Source: a virus
Length of the DNA: 59,916 bases
Reading direction: 5' to 3' (one strand)
UHGV virus genome: UHGV-0126570
Part shown: positions 35,732 to 45,285 of the stretch, piece after piece
Position numbering within the stretch: the first letter of the stretch is position 1
Layout: every line of letters starts with the position of its first letter
Translations under genes and position numbers: made by a program
Notes under the pieces: model-generated
The model's input: only the letters and a program-made list of their open reading frames with translations
The model's database searches: none
Told to the model about the DNA's origin: nothing

Positions 35732-36815
35732 GAGCAATATTTATAAAGATCCGCGCTGGCTGTCGCTGGTGGAGAAATATAAAGACAATTGGGTACTGGC
35801 AGCAAAAGAATTGTTTGATATTGATTTAAGCCACCAGCAACAACAAATTGTTGAAGCTATACAGCCCAATAATGCAAAAGCTACTGTCACCACTCCGTAT
35901 GGGATCGGACGACCGCAAGTGCTTGCTGTTATTAGTACCCTTTATACGATTATGTATCCTGATTCCCGGACAGTAATTGTTTATCCAAAATCAAATGTTT
36001 GCAAAAGAGGAATTGTTGCATATGTGTGGCAATGTTGGGAGGCATTGCTGAAAAAACAACCTTTTATCATTGAGTATTTTAAGGTCGGTGATAGCGGTCT
36101 GATGTTCAATGAATTTTGGGGAATGTGCTTTTGTAACTACCGCCTTAACTATGAAGATAGCATTGCAGGTCACTACGCCGACCATCTTTTATTCATTATT
36201 GTGGATTCCGCACATATCAGCGATCGGGCATACAGCATTGTGTGGGCAAGCATGACTAGTGGTGATTCACGCATATTGCTCACTTCAATTCCGTCACCAG
36301 AGGAAATAGGCTTTTTTTATGATTCACATCATGGACGTGCTTTAGCTGAAGATAATCCGAGTGGTGTATATAAAGCCATTAAGCTGAGCGCGGAGGATTC
36401 ACCATTTATTACCCAAGAATATCTTGATCATTTTGCCGAAAGGTATGGCGGGCGAAATAGTGATGACTATCGTCGTATGATTCTTGGTGAGTTCCCTGGT
36501 ATTAGGGAGGCTGTTCTTGAATCAGATATGCCGAAGACAATGCGCTTTTCGATGCCTGATGGTAGTGAATGGACAATGCCATTACGAGTGATAGCCCGGC
36601 ATCATGCGCAGCACCACGCCAAAAAACATGGCGTCACGACATTAGAATGGTTGAAATCGCACACTATTCCACTCTTCACTGCAGATCACAATGCTATCGT
36701 TGAGTGGGCAAAAACAATTCCGTGGGAGCATGTCGCTGAATATGCTCACATGCTAAAACCGCCGAAAGACAGGCGCGAAATTAGCTGGCTGACAGCCGAA
36801 AAAATCATTGAATGA
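35721..36815 (+). CDS. Terminase large-subunit (PacB) N-domain paralog with degenerate Walker A/B and no nuclease domain
   Basis: Aligns with PacB residues ~10-300 (DPRW..., SHQQQ, FYDSHH, SPF, YGGR, FP), but Walker A is TTPYGIGRP instead of TSGHGTGKS and Walker B LLFIIVDSAH instead of LLLILDEAS; protein ends after ~364 aa. Confidence 0.6.
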   Translation: MATKSNIYKDPRWLSLVEKYKDNWVLAAKELFDIDLSHQQQQIVEAIQPNNAKATVTTPYGIGRPQVLAVISTLYTIMYPDSRTVIVYPKSNVCKRGIVAYVWQCWEALLKKQPFIIEYFKVGDSGLMFNEFWGMCFCNYRLNYEDSIAGHYADHLLFIIVDSAHISDRAYSIVWASMTSGDSRILLTSIPSPEEIGFFYDSHHGRALAEDNPSGVYKAIKLSAEDSPFITQEYLDHFAERYGGRNSDDYRRMILGEFPGIREAVLESDMPKTMRFSMPDGSEWTMPLRVIARHHAQHHAKKHGVTTLEWLKSHTIPLFTADHNAIVEWAKTIPWEHVAEYAHMLKPPKDRREISWLTAEKIIE

Positions 36816-36860
36816 TATCAACAAAAAGCCCGCCTGGTCTGGCGGGCTTCTTTATGCGCC

Positions 36861-37250
36861 TTAAATCACAGGTCTATAATCAAACTCCCCACTTCGGGCA
36901 TCATTAATGACATGAGTGATCACACCAAAAACAGCATTACTGCCCGTGTATCCATCGTCATCCACTGGTAACGCCTCTTTCTTCCCGGTGCTTAAATCCT
37001 CCAGGTGCTGGCGCGGATACTTCCTGTATCTCTTTATGCGATATTCACCCTCCATAGCGCATATAAGCAGTGAACCATCAACCGGAGTAAGTGAGGAATC
37101 AACCACCAGCAAAGCACCTTGCAATATTCCCTCACGGTGATGGCTGTCTGCCGCCCGCATGAAGTAGGTCGCGGAAGGATGTCTGATTAGTTGCTGATCA
37201 AGAGAAATGCGGCTCTCTGCATAATCCGCCGCAGGAGAAGGGAAGCCCAT
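36861..37250 (-). CDS. humD: UmuD/HumD-like S24 peptidase
   Basis: S24 LexA/UmuD C-terminal domain pattern (GILQGALLVVD...GEYRIKRY) in a 129-aa protein. Confidence 0.75.
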   Translation of the reverse strand: MGFPSPAADYAESRISLDQQLIRHPSATYFMRAADSHHREGILQGALLVVDSSLTPVDGSLLICAMEGEYRIKRYRKYPRQHLEDLSTGKKEALPVDDDGYTGSNAVFGVITHVINDARSGEFDYRPVI

Positions 37251-37373
37251 AGCGTTTTACCTCAATGATACTGTTTATTCATACAGTATACATTGAAAAG
37301 GCATAGTTTGTGAAAGCGGGGTTTGTAGGCGCGCCACGCTGGGGGCTAATCACATTTCTCCCCCATCTTGCCG

Positions 37374-37625
37374 TTATTTTTTTGGTGCATCCTCGTTCTG
37401 ATACACCGGATCGCTCCCTTTTGGCAACTGGAGGCTTAACTGCCGGTAGTGCCGTAGCCGTTCCATGAAATAGGTGCGCAGGTTCTCCGGCTGCTCACGG
37501 GCTACCTGTTCCGCTATGACGGGTATGTTCAATCGCTCTTTGTACGCCACACCGCTGGCAGCCAGATCAACGTTAACCTTATCCCGTTCTTCCTGACTTT
37601 TAGCTGCAATATTCCAGTCGCTCAT
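37374..37625 (-). CDS. Hypothetical small protein (83 aa)
   Basis: ORF only. Confidence 0.35.
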   Translation of the reverse strand: MSDWNIAAKSQEERDKVNVDLAASGVAYKERLNIPVIAEQVAREQPENLRTYFMERLRHYRQLSLQLPKGSDPVYQNEDAPKK

Positions 37626-37627
37626 AT

Positions 37628-37900
37628 TTAAGGCTCACATTTCCAGATGGTATTCTGAACACCCGAACCGGGCGCAAGATGAGGGTTAGCGTTCGCGCTA
37701 TGCTGATATACGGCTTTAGACTTTCCATATTGCTGACAGGCTTTATCTGCGGTTTTTTGCAGGCTATCCAGGCCATACCAACCATCTGACTGGATGCTAA
37801 CCTTTTCTCCGTCATTGTATTGCACCATAGCACACCCAGACATAGCCAACATCGCACCGACAATAACGCTTTTACCTAAAAATCTACGCAACATATACAA
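37628..37900 (-). CDS. Predicted lipoprotein
   Basis: Signal peptide ending in lipobox LAMSGC; mature part ~65 aa. Confidence 0.5.
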   Translation of the reverse strand: MYMLRRFLGKSVIVGAMLAMSGCAMVQYNDGEKVSIQSDGWYGLDSLQKTADKACQQYGKSKAVYQHSANANPHLAPGSGVQNTIWKCEP

Positions 37901-37939
37901 AAATCCCCTCTGTGAATTGAGGGGATTTTAGCATGGTGA

Positions 37940-38698
37940 TCAGATATCGGCCTTATTCGGAATTTTATCAGCCACCAGCGGCAATAAAGCCTTCGCCATT
38001 TCATGAACCAACATGGCATCAATGACGCCTAGCGTATGGCCCGGCTTAATCTTTAATGCGGCCTCAAGATAGCCTCTTTCCAGAGTGGTTTTTACGCTTT
38101 TCTTGGGCGATTGTTGGGAACTATCCGGAAAATCCGGATGGTTGCCAGCCTCGTAAGCTACCCGCAGCCAGTGCATGAATGTTTCAGTGGACACACAACC
38201 ACAGTCCACATCGATTTTCCCGCGTTGCTGTTCCAGCCATTGCCCAAAATCCAACCTGTAAGCCTTACTTTCAAGTTCATCACCATTGAACTCGACTTGA
38301 TGCGACGCTATGAGAGCGGCTTCGTATTGTTCGTGAGTGACAACTGACTGGTATTCATCGCTATCAAGGTCATGAATTGGAAGCTCAATCTCACAACAAA
38401 AATTGCGCCCAAAGAACGTGTCTTTTTTGTGGTCTGAGCCAAAAGCAAAAGTCGCGCATGGCGCCATTAAATTGGCACTGAGCAGGCGACAATCGATCAT
38501 ACCATCAGGCCACCCGCCGCACTTAGGCAGCTCCTTCACTAACAAGTCGATAAGCTTCATTTTTTTATCATCTTTGCAAGCCGCCAAAGCCATTTGGGCA
38601 AGTGCCAATACTTCATCTGCCGTATATCCAGCACCGTGACCATACATTTCGATACGGGAAATAATATCTGAAATACGCTCTTTAGTGATTCTTGTCAT
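37940..38698 (-). CDS. Hypothetical Cys-rich protein (~252 aa)
   Basis: ORF track start 38716; the ATG at 38698 gives an ATGA overlap with the upstream stop. Confidence 0.4.
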   Translation of the reverse strand: MTRITKERISDIISRIEMYGHGAGYTADEVLALAQMALAACKDDKKMKLIDLLVKELPKCGGWPDGMIDCRLLSANLMAPCATFAFGSDHKKDTFFGRNFCCEIELPIHDLDSDEYQSVVTHEQYEAALIASHQVEFNGDELESKAYRLDFGQWLEQQRGKIDVDCGCVSTETFMHWLRVAYEAGNHPDFPDSSQQSPKKSVKTTLERGYLEAALKIKPGHTLGVIDAMLVHEMAKALLPLVADKIPNKADI

Positions 38699-38904
38699 AG
38701 TTTTATTTCCTTGCATGGTTCGCCTTTACGGCAAACAGCTACACGGTCATTTCTTACATTAACCACAGTCACCGTTCCGTCATCGCATTGAATAACGATG
38801 AAAGGGTGTTCATTCTCTTTTGTGCAATGTTGCTGTTCTCCAGCCATTGCAGCCGGAGGATCAAATAGCGCCAGAACAAATGCCAACCTTAAAAAATGCT
38901 TCAT
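38695..38904 (-). CDS. Small secreted protein
   Basis: N-terminal signal peptide MKHFLRLAFVLALFDPPAAMA; four Cys in the mature part. Confidence 0.45.
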   Translation of the reverse strand: MKHFLRLAFVLALFDPPAAMAGEQQHCTKENEHPFIVIQCDDGTVTVVNVRNDRVAVCRKGEPCKEIKL

Positions 38905-39159
38905 TTGGCCTTATCCGTTATCAAAATTGGAATATCCGTTATCACGAGCGTGATATCCGTTATGAAGTGGGGAATAAGACCACTTACCAATACCCTCCGC
39001 CTGACTCAAAGTTGGCGATAAGCCAGGCTGCGAAAAGAGTAACCCCGCTCCAAAAACCACACTCCACCGTACCCCATTTAACACCACCAGCTAATAAAAT
39101 AAATAAACCGCAAAGGCATACAAACAAAAAAGTAATCCAAAATTTCTTTCTGTTTTTCA

Positions 39160-39453
39160 TTATGGTTGACTCCAGTTATCTTCAATAACAATACTTAACC
39201 TCTGAAGCCATTCTGCTAATTTCAGCATGGCTTCTCTTTCGCTTAAACCACGCGGAAAATCATCAAGCGAAATTGTTGGCTTGAAGTTCCCCGAATTATC
39301 CATTTCAACGGTCAGATTTTGCTCCAGCACGGTATTCCTTACGCGGCTATTGTGCCGAAGCAAATATACTGAGCGTGATTTATTGGTTTTGTGGTCGAGC
39401 TGATATTCGGTAAGTATCATCTGGCTTCCACCATGATTATTACCGCGCCACAT
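39160..39453 (-). CDS. Hypothetical protein (97 aa)
   Basis: ORF only. Confidence 0.35.
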   Translation of the reverse strand: MWRGNNHGGSQMILTEYQLDHKTNKSRSVYLLRHNSRVRNTVLEQNLTVEMDNSGNFKPTISLDDFPRGLSEREAMLKLAEWLQRLSIVIEDNWSQP

Positions 39454-39465
39454 AATTACTCCGTG

Positions 39466-39870
39466 TTAATAAGAGAAATAGACCGTTGCAACACTGTTAT
39501 ATTGGTCGAACGAAATAGCATTTACTTCATAGCTGGTGGGCAGCTTCTTACCAAGAATGTAGCCAGGCCATGAGTTCCACGGAATTTCTGTTCGGTCGTC
39601 GTCTTGCCACATTACGCAACCCAGAGAGCCAACCATTTCACCATATCGCTTGCCACAAGTAACAAATCCGATATTCGGCTTTTCTTGTGTTACTGATACC
39701 GTGGTGGTATTGGCAGATGCATTGATTGCAGTACGTTGCTCATGCTCGCTGGCGGCTGAGGCGCTAATTACAGCGGTTGCCGCAGCTCCCGCAGCAATAA
39801 CCGATGCATGAGATAAATGACAGGCAGATAACATTGCCAGAAAAATAATATTTCTTTGAAATTTAGCCAT
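39466..39870 (-). CDS. Secreted protein (134 aa)
   Basis: Signal peptide MAKFQRNIIFLAMLSACHLSHA; Ala/Thr-rich linker. Confidence 0.45.
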   Translation of the reverse strand: MAKFQRNIIFLAMLSACHLSHASVIAAGAAATAVISASAASEHEQRTAINASANTTTVSVTQEKPNIGFVTCGKRYGEMVGSLGCVMWQDDDRTEIPWNSWPGYILGKKLPTSYEVNAISFDQYNSVATVYFSY

Positions 39871-40144
39871 TGATATTAACCTTTATCGCAAATACCTTAA
39901 CCGGATTCTCTCCAAAGTGCGGATGTGTGATTGTCTTGATTTCATATCCGTCATACGGGACGTCTATTCTGCGGCTGGAATCGTCGCGCTTCGGGTATCC
40001 CTTTGTGATAATCAGGCGGTCATATTCCCGGAACATAATTCGCTTATTCCAGTAGTCATTGCACAGGCGATACTCTTCCGTTTTCTCCCCGCGAATCATG
40101 GCATCGAAGTATTCACCTTTGACGGCAAGTTGCAGGTTAGCCAT
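39863..40144 (-). CDS. Hypothetical protein, possible ASCH/PUA-like fold
   Basis: MANLQLAVKGEYFDAMIRGEKTEEYR...ITHPHFG pattern; start chosen at the ATG overlapping the upstream stop. Fold assignment is tentative. Confidence 0.3.
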   Translation of the reverse strand: MANLQLAVKGEYFDAMIRGEKTEEYRLCNDYWNKRIMFREYDRLIITKGYPKRDDSSRRIDVPYDGYEIKTITHPHFGENPVKVFAIKVNING

Positions 40145-40404
40145 TACCGCACCTCCAGTCTCCATACCGCCTGACCAATCCGGCTGGCATAGGTATCTTT
40201 GGATACTGCTCCGTCTTTAGCCAGCTCCATAAGAATTTTGCGCAAATCTGCCGAACGCCATTCTTCATCAGGAAATTCCTTCTCCATTGCCAACCGCAGA
40301 TTCCAGGTTGCTATCGTGAATGGATATTCCCCGCCGAGAGCTTTCTCTTGCAGGGCAGAACGGGAACGCATCACCTGCAAAACCTTCTCTTTTACATCCA
40401 TCAT
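40144..40404 (-). CDS. Hypothetical protein (86 aa)
   Basis: ORF with ATGA coupling to neighbours. Confidence 0.35.
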   Translation of the reverse strand: MMDVKEKVLQVMRSRSALQEKALGGEYPFTIATWNLRLAMEKEFPDEEWRSADLRKILMELAKDGAVSKDTYASRIGQAVWRLEVR

Positions 40405-41057
40405 TTTGCCTCCTGCGGCGGTTCTGGTAGTGGCATCCAGTGTGTGACATTGCTAATCAGACCATATTCATTAGTTTGAGGATGGTTGCCGTTATCGTCT
40501 CCGTATTTAAGACTCTCCATAAAACCATAATGCTTATTCCCATTAACGCTCACAAAGCCGTAATAAGCTGGTATAACGCCGATCTCACACGTAATCAGCA
40601 AAGGAAAACTAGTTCTCCAATTTAGCTCGCCGATTACAGGCATTCTCTCACTACAGCTTATCCAACTATCCTGAGTTACCGGAGAGTTGCCCGATAGCTG
40701 GTTCAACTTGTAAGTTTGGCTTACAGGTTCGGCTTTCAGTTCTGCTATGCGCTTTTTTGCTGCTTCCAGCTCAACGCGCAGCTTCCCTACCGTTAGCGCA
40801 ATATCCTCGTTCTCCTGGTCGCGGAGTTTGATGTATTGCTGGTTTTTTTCCCGTTCATCCAGTAGTGCCAAAGCAACCTTTGGATTAAAGGCAGCAATAA
40901 ATTCAGCGTTGTTTTTCAGAACGTGTTGCGCAATGGCCTGACTACTTAGTCGGACCTCATAACCACGTGCGCCACGGTGTGGTTTATATGAGTCCCAGTC
41001 TCCCCACGTTGCTTTCTCTGCCGCCTCACGCAGTGCCTGGTAATTAATTTCGCTCAC
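40401..41057 (-). CDS. Ea22-like protein with C-terminal DUF551-like motif
   Basis: N-terminal MSEINYQALREAAEKAT (Ea22-type), coiled coil, C-terminal THWMPLPEPP. Confidence 0.5.
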   Translation of the reverse strand: MSEINYQALREAAEKATWGDWDSYKPHRGARGYEVRLSSQAIAQHVLKNNAEFIAAFNPKVALALLDEREKNQQYIKLRDQENEDIALTVGKLRVELEAAKKRIAELKAEPVSQTYKLNQLSGNSPVTQDSWISCSERMPVIGELNWRTSFPLLITCEIGVIPAYYGFVSVNGNKHYGFMESLKYGDDNGNHPQTNEYGLISNVTHWMPLPEPPQEAK

Positions 41058-41641
41058 TGGTTGCCTCCTTTGCGAAGCTGTTCAGCAATACTTACGCATA
41101 TCTCTGCGCCTCTAATCAGCCCCGGAACGTTCTTGTTTGGCCCAACTTCACCATCAACAAAATCAATCATCGCGTTACGAGCCATATCCACCCCCTGCGC
41201 ACGTACTTCAGCCAGGAGAGCGTCGGTAGCTGGGGTTTCCGTGAAGTTGTCCTCCCAACCGTAGTACTCCTGACGACAGAAGTTATTAAATTCCTTCTCC
41301 GACTGTTTAAGCGCCGCATTCTCCACTGCCAGCGCCGCGCACTTGGCCTCAAGAGCGGCAACCACTTCCTGATGGTCTTTGTACTTAACGTATGAGCCGG
41401 AGATGTCATCACCTTCGGTGTTTAGCCATGCGTCATTGCAATTCACTGCGTAGGTTCTGATGCTGATGCTCTCCCGCCCCTGACAGACGCCAGGCCAGTC
41501 AATAAAGTATCCGCAATGCCTACCTTCAGACGTGCGCGCAGGATAAATGCCGTTATGACCCGGCAAAATATATGCTACCCATTCATCTTGCGTTGCCTGT
41601 TCCGCCGCCTCGCGCAGTTCTTGATAGTTAATTTTGCTCAC
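41054..41641 (-). CDS. Ea22-like protein (paralog)
   Basis: N-terminal MSKINYQELREAAEQAT; C-terminal ...LLAEVRAQG...AEQLRKGGNQ shared with the 44216-44926 product. Confidence 0.5.
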   Translation of the reverse strand: MSKINYQELREAAEQATQDEWVAYILPGHNGIYPARTSEGRHCGYFIDWPGVCQGRESISIRTYAVNCNDAWLNTEGDDISGSYVKYKDHQEVVAALEAKCAALAVENAALKQSEKEFNNFCRQEYYGWEDNFTETPATDALLAEVRAQGVDMARNAMIDFVDGEVGPNKNVPGLIRGAEICVSIAEQLRKGGNQ

Positions 41642-41927
41642 TGGTTGCCTCCGCTTCCCACGTTTTCAGACTTTCACCACAGAATGGGCAAAATGAAACT
41701 CGAATAGGCGATTTAGAAAATTCACCAGACCGCAGCATGATCAGGTCCTGTGAATGAATTAATTCATGGTTATAGACTTTGTATTTCAGCAGGCCTTTTC
41801 GCGTCGTGTATTCAGCATCCTGCTCCAGAGATTGTGCCAGCGCCGCGCACGGTTCTATTTTTCTGCCATTAATCAAACAAGTGGAGATTCTGCACTTTGC
41901 AGCTCCGTCACCGTTACCTTGACTCAT
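41628..41927 (-). CDS. Small zinc-ribbon protein
   Basis: Cys pairs (CRISTC ... CPFCG). Confidence 0.35.
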   Translation of the reverse strand: MSQGNGDGAAKCRISTCLINGRKIEPCAALAQSLEQDAEYTTRKGLLKYKVYNHELIHSQDLIMLRSGEFSKSPIRVSFCPFCGESLKTWEAEATSEQN

Positions 41928-41940
41928 TGCGTTGTTCCCA

Positions 41941-42936
41941 TCAGTTATTAAACGTGATCACTCCGCGCTCGATGGCGAAGTCGAAAAGCTGGTTAGCGAC
42001 TACATAAAGGCGTATGCCATGTGCTTTTTCCCATGCCCGGACATCGTGTTCTGCGCTTCTGGCGCAGTCATCGCAAAGAGGAACAGCCCAGCGGTTGTGT
42101 TCGTTTAACGAGCGGGCGCGGTACATGAACGGGTGGTTAACTTTGCCACCGCATCCGATGCACGGACGAGAAACCACAAAGCGGAGATAAGCCGGGCTTT
42201 TTCCGAGTAAGGTTTTTGGACGGCGCATATATAGGAGGCCAGAATCCTCATCTACAGACAGGTTGACGATCTGCTCTGCGGTTATGTCCACCAGCTCGCG
42301 CGTACTGCGCTCCCAGGTGATATCTGATTCTTTCAGCGTACCGGTAGGGATTTCAGTTTTTGGCTGACAAAATGCAATGCGCCCGGCTTCATCTGGCAGC
42401 TCATCTTTCAGATTCCGGCGAATGGCCCAAAAAGTGAGTTCAACCATGCTCAGATCGCGTTCTGGCGGTAGTTTTAACTCGCTCGCAGCCCAGTTCATAA
42501 CCCAGTTGGCGCGATTCAGGGATAACTGGTCGTCCAGCTTGCTGTACCCCTTCATCATGTATTCCGCATCATGCTTCCAGCACAGGCGAACGGCAGAACC
42601 GTTATAGAAGTGAGTGGTTAGCTGGTGGCTACAATCGCGCTTATCATGCGCCTGGCAATCGTGAATGTTGGTGCTAACCCAGTGAACGATAGAATCCTCG
42701 CCACCTAACGCATTAAATACGCGCTCACTTTGAAAAAAGGGTGTCAGTGACTGGTTGGCAACCAGGGAATAATTCAGATCCACGACGCCATCAGGGGTGT
42801 TTTCAGCCTGTTCGCGCGGCAATGGGGAGATAAGAAAACGGCGGCCTGCGCCGATGTAATTGCTGGTGGGCTTATCTACAGGAAAGACAGCCACACCAGT
42901 TTCATTTACGACATATGGGGTGATTATTGCACTCAT
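41941..42936 (-). CDS. HNH-motif protein (331 aa)
   Basis: C-terminal CIGCGG...HPF...NEHN...PLCDDC resembles a His-Me finger; a palindromic operator-like site lies directly upstream. Confidence 0.4.
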   Translation of the reverse strand: MSAIITPYVVNETGVAVFPVDKPTSNYIGAGRRFLISPLPREQAENTPDGVVDLNYSLVANQSLTPFFQSERVFNALGGEDSIVHWVSTNIHDCQAHDKRDCSHQLTTHFYNGSAVRLCWKHDAEYMMKGYSKLDDQLSLNRANWVMNWAASELKLPPERDLSMVELTFWAIRRNLKDELPDEAGRIAFCQPKTEIPTGTLKESDITWERSTRELVDITAEQIVNLSVDEDSGLLYMRRPKTLLGKSPAYLRFVVSRPCIGCGGKVNHPFMYRARSLNEHNRWAVPLCDDCARSAEHDVRAWEKAHGIRLYVVANQLFDFAIERGVITFNN

Positions 42937-42978
42937 AATGCATACCGACTCTGTTTTGTTCCGAGCGGTAAAATAATA

Positions 42979-43008
42979 TGTTAGAAAATTAAAATCAACA
43001 ATCTAACA
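42979..43008. promoter_or_regulatory. Palindromic operator-like element TGTTAGA-N16-TCTAACA
   Basis: Between the minus-strand HNH gene start (42936) and the phosphatase gene end. Confidence 0.5.
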
Positions 43009-43040
43009 CGATTTTGAGCGCGTAAACGATGTAACCCGGC

Positions 43041-43724
43041 TTACGGTTGCCCTCCCTTCACCTGCATTAGCGTCAGGTTTCCGCAAAATACAGCACCAGT
43101 ATCGATATAATGCTGGTTCCAGAATGCTTTTGGGCTTTTAGCCGGGGTGTGTCCGAAGATAAATCGATCTGCACCTGTAATTTCTTCACCGATGCCATCT
43201 ATCGAATCACTAACACGGTCGCGCGACCAGATGACATTGAAAAGCGGCACAGCCTTACCGAACTGATACTCTCTATCCGGATAGTCAGCATGAGCAATGA
43301 CAATAGTCTCCTGCCCGGTGTTCAGCTCAATGATATGAGGCAATTGCCTTACCAGCTCCACCAGCGCCCTGGCTAAAACTTCCTTATCACTATCCAGCAT
43401 AAAGAACCACTGGCCGCCATTCATTAGCCAGTTATTCACGTTTCCAGCTGGGCTTAACGCATCGATCATCAACCTCTCATGGTTACCCATGACAGCCCGG
43501 AACCAGGGCATCTGCAATAACTCCAGGCATTCGACATTTTCAGTACCGCGATCGATAAGGTCGCCGACTGATATCAGTAAATCCTGCGCCGGGTCAAAAT
43601 CCACACGATGGAGTTCATTCATAAGCAGGGTGTAGCAACCGTGCAAATCACCAACAACCCATATGTTTCTGTATCCTGAACCATCAATACGGCTATATAA
43701 CGCCTGGTCGTTAACGGTGATCAT
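43041..43724 (-). CDS. Ser/Thr protein phosphatase (lambda-PP / calcineurin-like metallophosphatase)
   Basis: GDLHGC, GDLIDRG, GNHE and downstream His motifs in canonical order. Confidence 0.85.
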   Translation of the reverse strand: MITVNDQALYSRIDGSGYRNIWVVGDLHGCYTLLMNELHRVDFDPAQDLLISVGDLIDRGTENVECLELLQMPWFRAVMGNHERLMIDALSPAGNVNNWLMNGGQWFFMLDSDKEVLARALVELVRQLPHIIELNTGQETIVIAHADYPDREYQFGKAVPLFNVIWSRDRVSDSIDGIGEEITGADRFIFGHTPAKSPKAFWNQHYIDTGAVFCGNLTLMQVKGGQP

Positions 43725-43948
43725 TCTGCAACATCCTCCAAATCAGCAACCGCGTCCATCACATCAGAACCGCGAATAACTTCAAAAGCGCGGCAGGCCA
43801 TTTGAAATACCTGTTGTTCTTGCGGGTGCGGAGACTCCCAATATTTGAAGCCTGGGCGATGCGTGTACCCCATCATGGAATAAAAATCGCCAGCAAGTTC
43901 AATCGCGGCATCAACAAGTTCGCGATTAGTCATTCGCTTTGCTGCCAT
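43721..43948 (-). CDS. Hypothetical small protein (75 aa)
   Basis: ORF with ATGA coupling. Confidence 0.35.
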   Translation of the reverse strand: MAAKRMTNRELVDAAIELAGDFYSMMGYTHRPGFKYWESPHPQEQQVFQMACRAFEVIRGSDVMDAVADLEDVAE

Positions 43949-44219
43949 TTGCTTTCTCCTGTCGGAACATCACGATCATCAGGTCACCTTTTGTCGCTAT
44001 CCTGGCTGTTGTGCCAGGCTCAATGCGGCTAAGTTCAAATGCGTCATAGAACGCCTCTAACGCTTTCTGGCGTCTCTCCTGTTTGCGGCGCTTTCCCCAC
44101 TGCTTTAGAAAAACAGAGGCCGCCCACTTCCCCGCACTGAACATGATGTAAAACCAACCGAGCAGGGCCAAACCTGTGTTGAGGGCCGTATCGAGCGTTA
44201 TCGTGGTGTCGATATTCAC
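43926..44219 (-). CDS. Small membrane protein
   Basis: Hydrophobic helix LALLGWFYIMFSAGKWAASVFL followed by a basic tail. Confidence 0.4.
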   Translation of the reverse strand: MNIDTTITLDTALNTGLALLGWFYIMFSAGKWAASVFLKQWGKRRKQERRQKALEAFYDAFELSRIEPGTTARIATKGDLMIVMFRQEKANGSKAND

Positions 44220-44926
44220 TGATTGCCCCCTTCCCTAAGCTGTTCTGCACAATGCAGCAGCGCACCTGTCGCATCTTTAAGCGTCACTAGCTCGTCATCA
44301 TCCAGTCCTACTCCCCTCGCGTCCCTGACAAACGCCGCGCAAAGGTCGTTAAACGCCCCCGCCCGCACTTCAGCCAGGAAAGCGCCAGTAGCAGGGGTGT
44401 CAATGCAAACACTGTCACGAAGGATGAAGAACGCATTAAGCATTCCTCTTTCTGGTACATCGTCCTGGCATTCCTCATATGCAACCAATGCATCCATCAT
44501 TTTCTGACCGAATTGCTGAGGGTGTGCAGATTTCAGTGCTATATTCTCCGCCGCCAGCGTCGCGCGATTGCTCTCCAGTTCTGCAATGCGCTGTTTTGCG
44601 GCATCAAGTTCAATCGACAATTTTTCCAACTGCTCTTTATGCTTTTTGTATGCCTGATATGCGTGCCAAGACTGTCCTTTGCGCACACTTTCAGTAATAT
44701 CAGAAATCTGTTCTGGTGTTAGCGTGGTCAGTGGCTGCGCTGGGGAAATCAGCACTTTCCCGGAATCCCAATCAAAACCAGCGTGAATTGACTGAACCTC
44801 AACTGAGGGTGTTGAACCAATGCTGCCAGGCGAATGAACAACGATCGTTACATCCATATCGCGACGATGGCTGTGGTTGTTGGACAAAATACGATTCACC
44901 AACTCAGAAAATTTGGAAAATTTCAT
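44216..44926 (-). CDS. Ea22-like mosaic protein (paralog)
   Basis: Start moved to the ATG at 44926 (ATGA overlap with the upstream stop). Coiled coil [14 protein letters not shown] and C-terminal ...FLAEVRAG...[10 protein letters not shown] shared with 41054-41641. Confidence 0.45.
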   Translation of the reverse strand: MKFSKFSELVNRILSNNHSHRRDMDVTIVVHSPGSIGSTPSVEVQSIHAGFDWDSGKVLISPAQPLTTLTPEQISDITESVRKGQSWHAYQAYKKHKEQLEKLSIELDAAKQRIAELESNRATLAAENIALKSAHPQQFGQKMMDALVAYEECQDDVPERGMLNAFFILRDSVCIDTPATGAFLAEVRAGAFNDLCAAFVRDARGVGLDDDELVTLKDATGALLHCAEQLREGGNQ

Positions 44927-45285
44927 GCTGATTCCCTTTGCTCTTCCTGGATAATGTTGTTGCAATCTTTCACGCACTCGTTGCAGATGAAAACGTTGTC
45001 CCCGGCAATTAACTTTTTAACGGTGTGCTGGGATTTGTTGCAGAAGCTGCAATAAAGCGTTGAACTTGCTGATACGGATGGTGCGCCAGATGTCAGCCGC
45101 GCGATGTCGTTCTTGCGACGCAATATCACACGGCTGCACTCGACCAGCATCTCCGGGGATATCTTCTCCTCCGTAGCGAGCGTTTCTAATCGTTCGAGTA
45201 TGTGGAAGGCTTTTTCCTGGGTAATCCTGGGTAATTCAGCGTTACGCTCTGCCAGTTGTGCGGGCGTTAAACCTTCAGACTTCAT
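44923..45285 (-). CDS. Small protein with ClpX-type C4 zinc finger
   Basis: C-terminal [36 protein letters not shown] closely resembles the ClpX N-terminal zinc-binding domain. Confidence 0.55.
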   Translation of the reverse strand: MKSEGLTPAQLAERNAELPRITQEKAFHILERLETLATEEKISPEMLVECSRVILRRKNDIARLTSGAPSVSASSTLYCSFCNKSQHTVKKLIAGDNVFICNECVKDCNNIIQEEQRESA

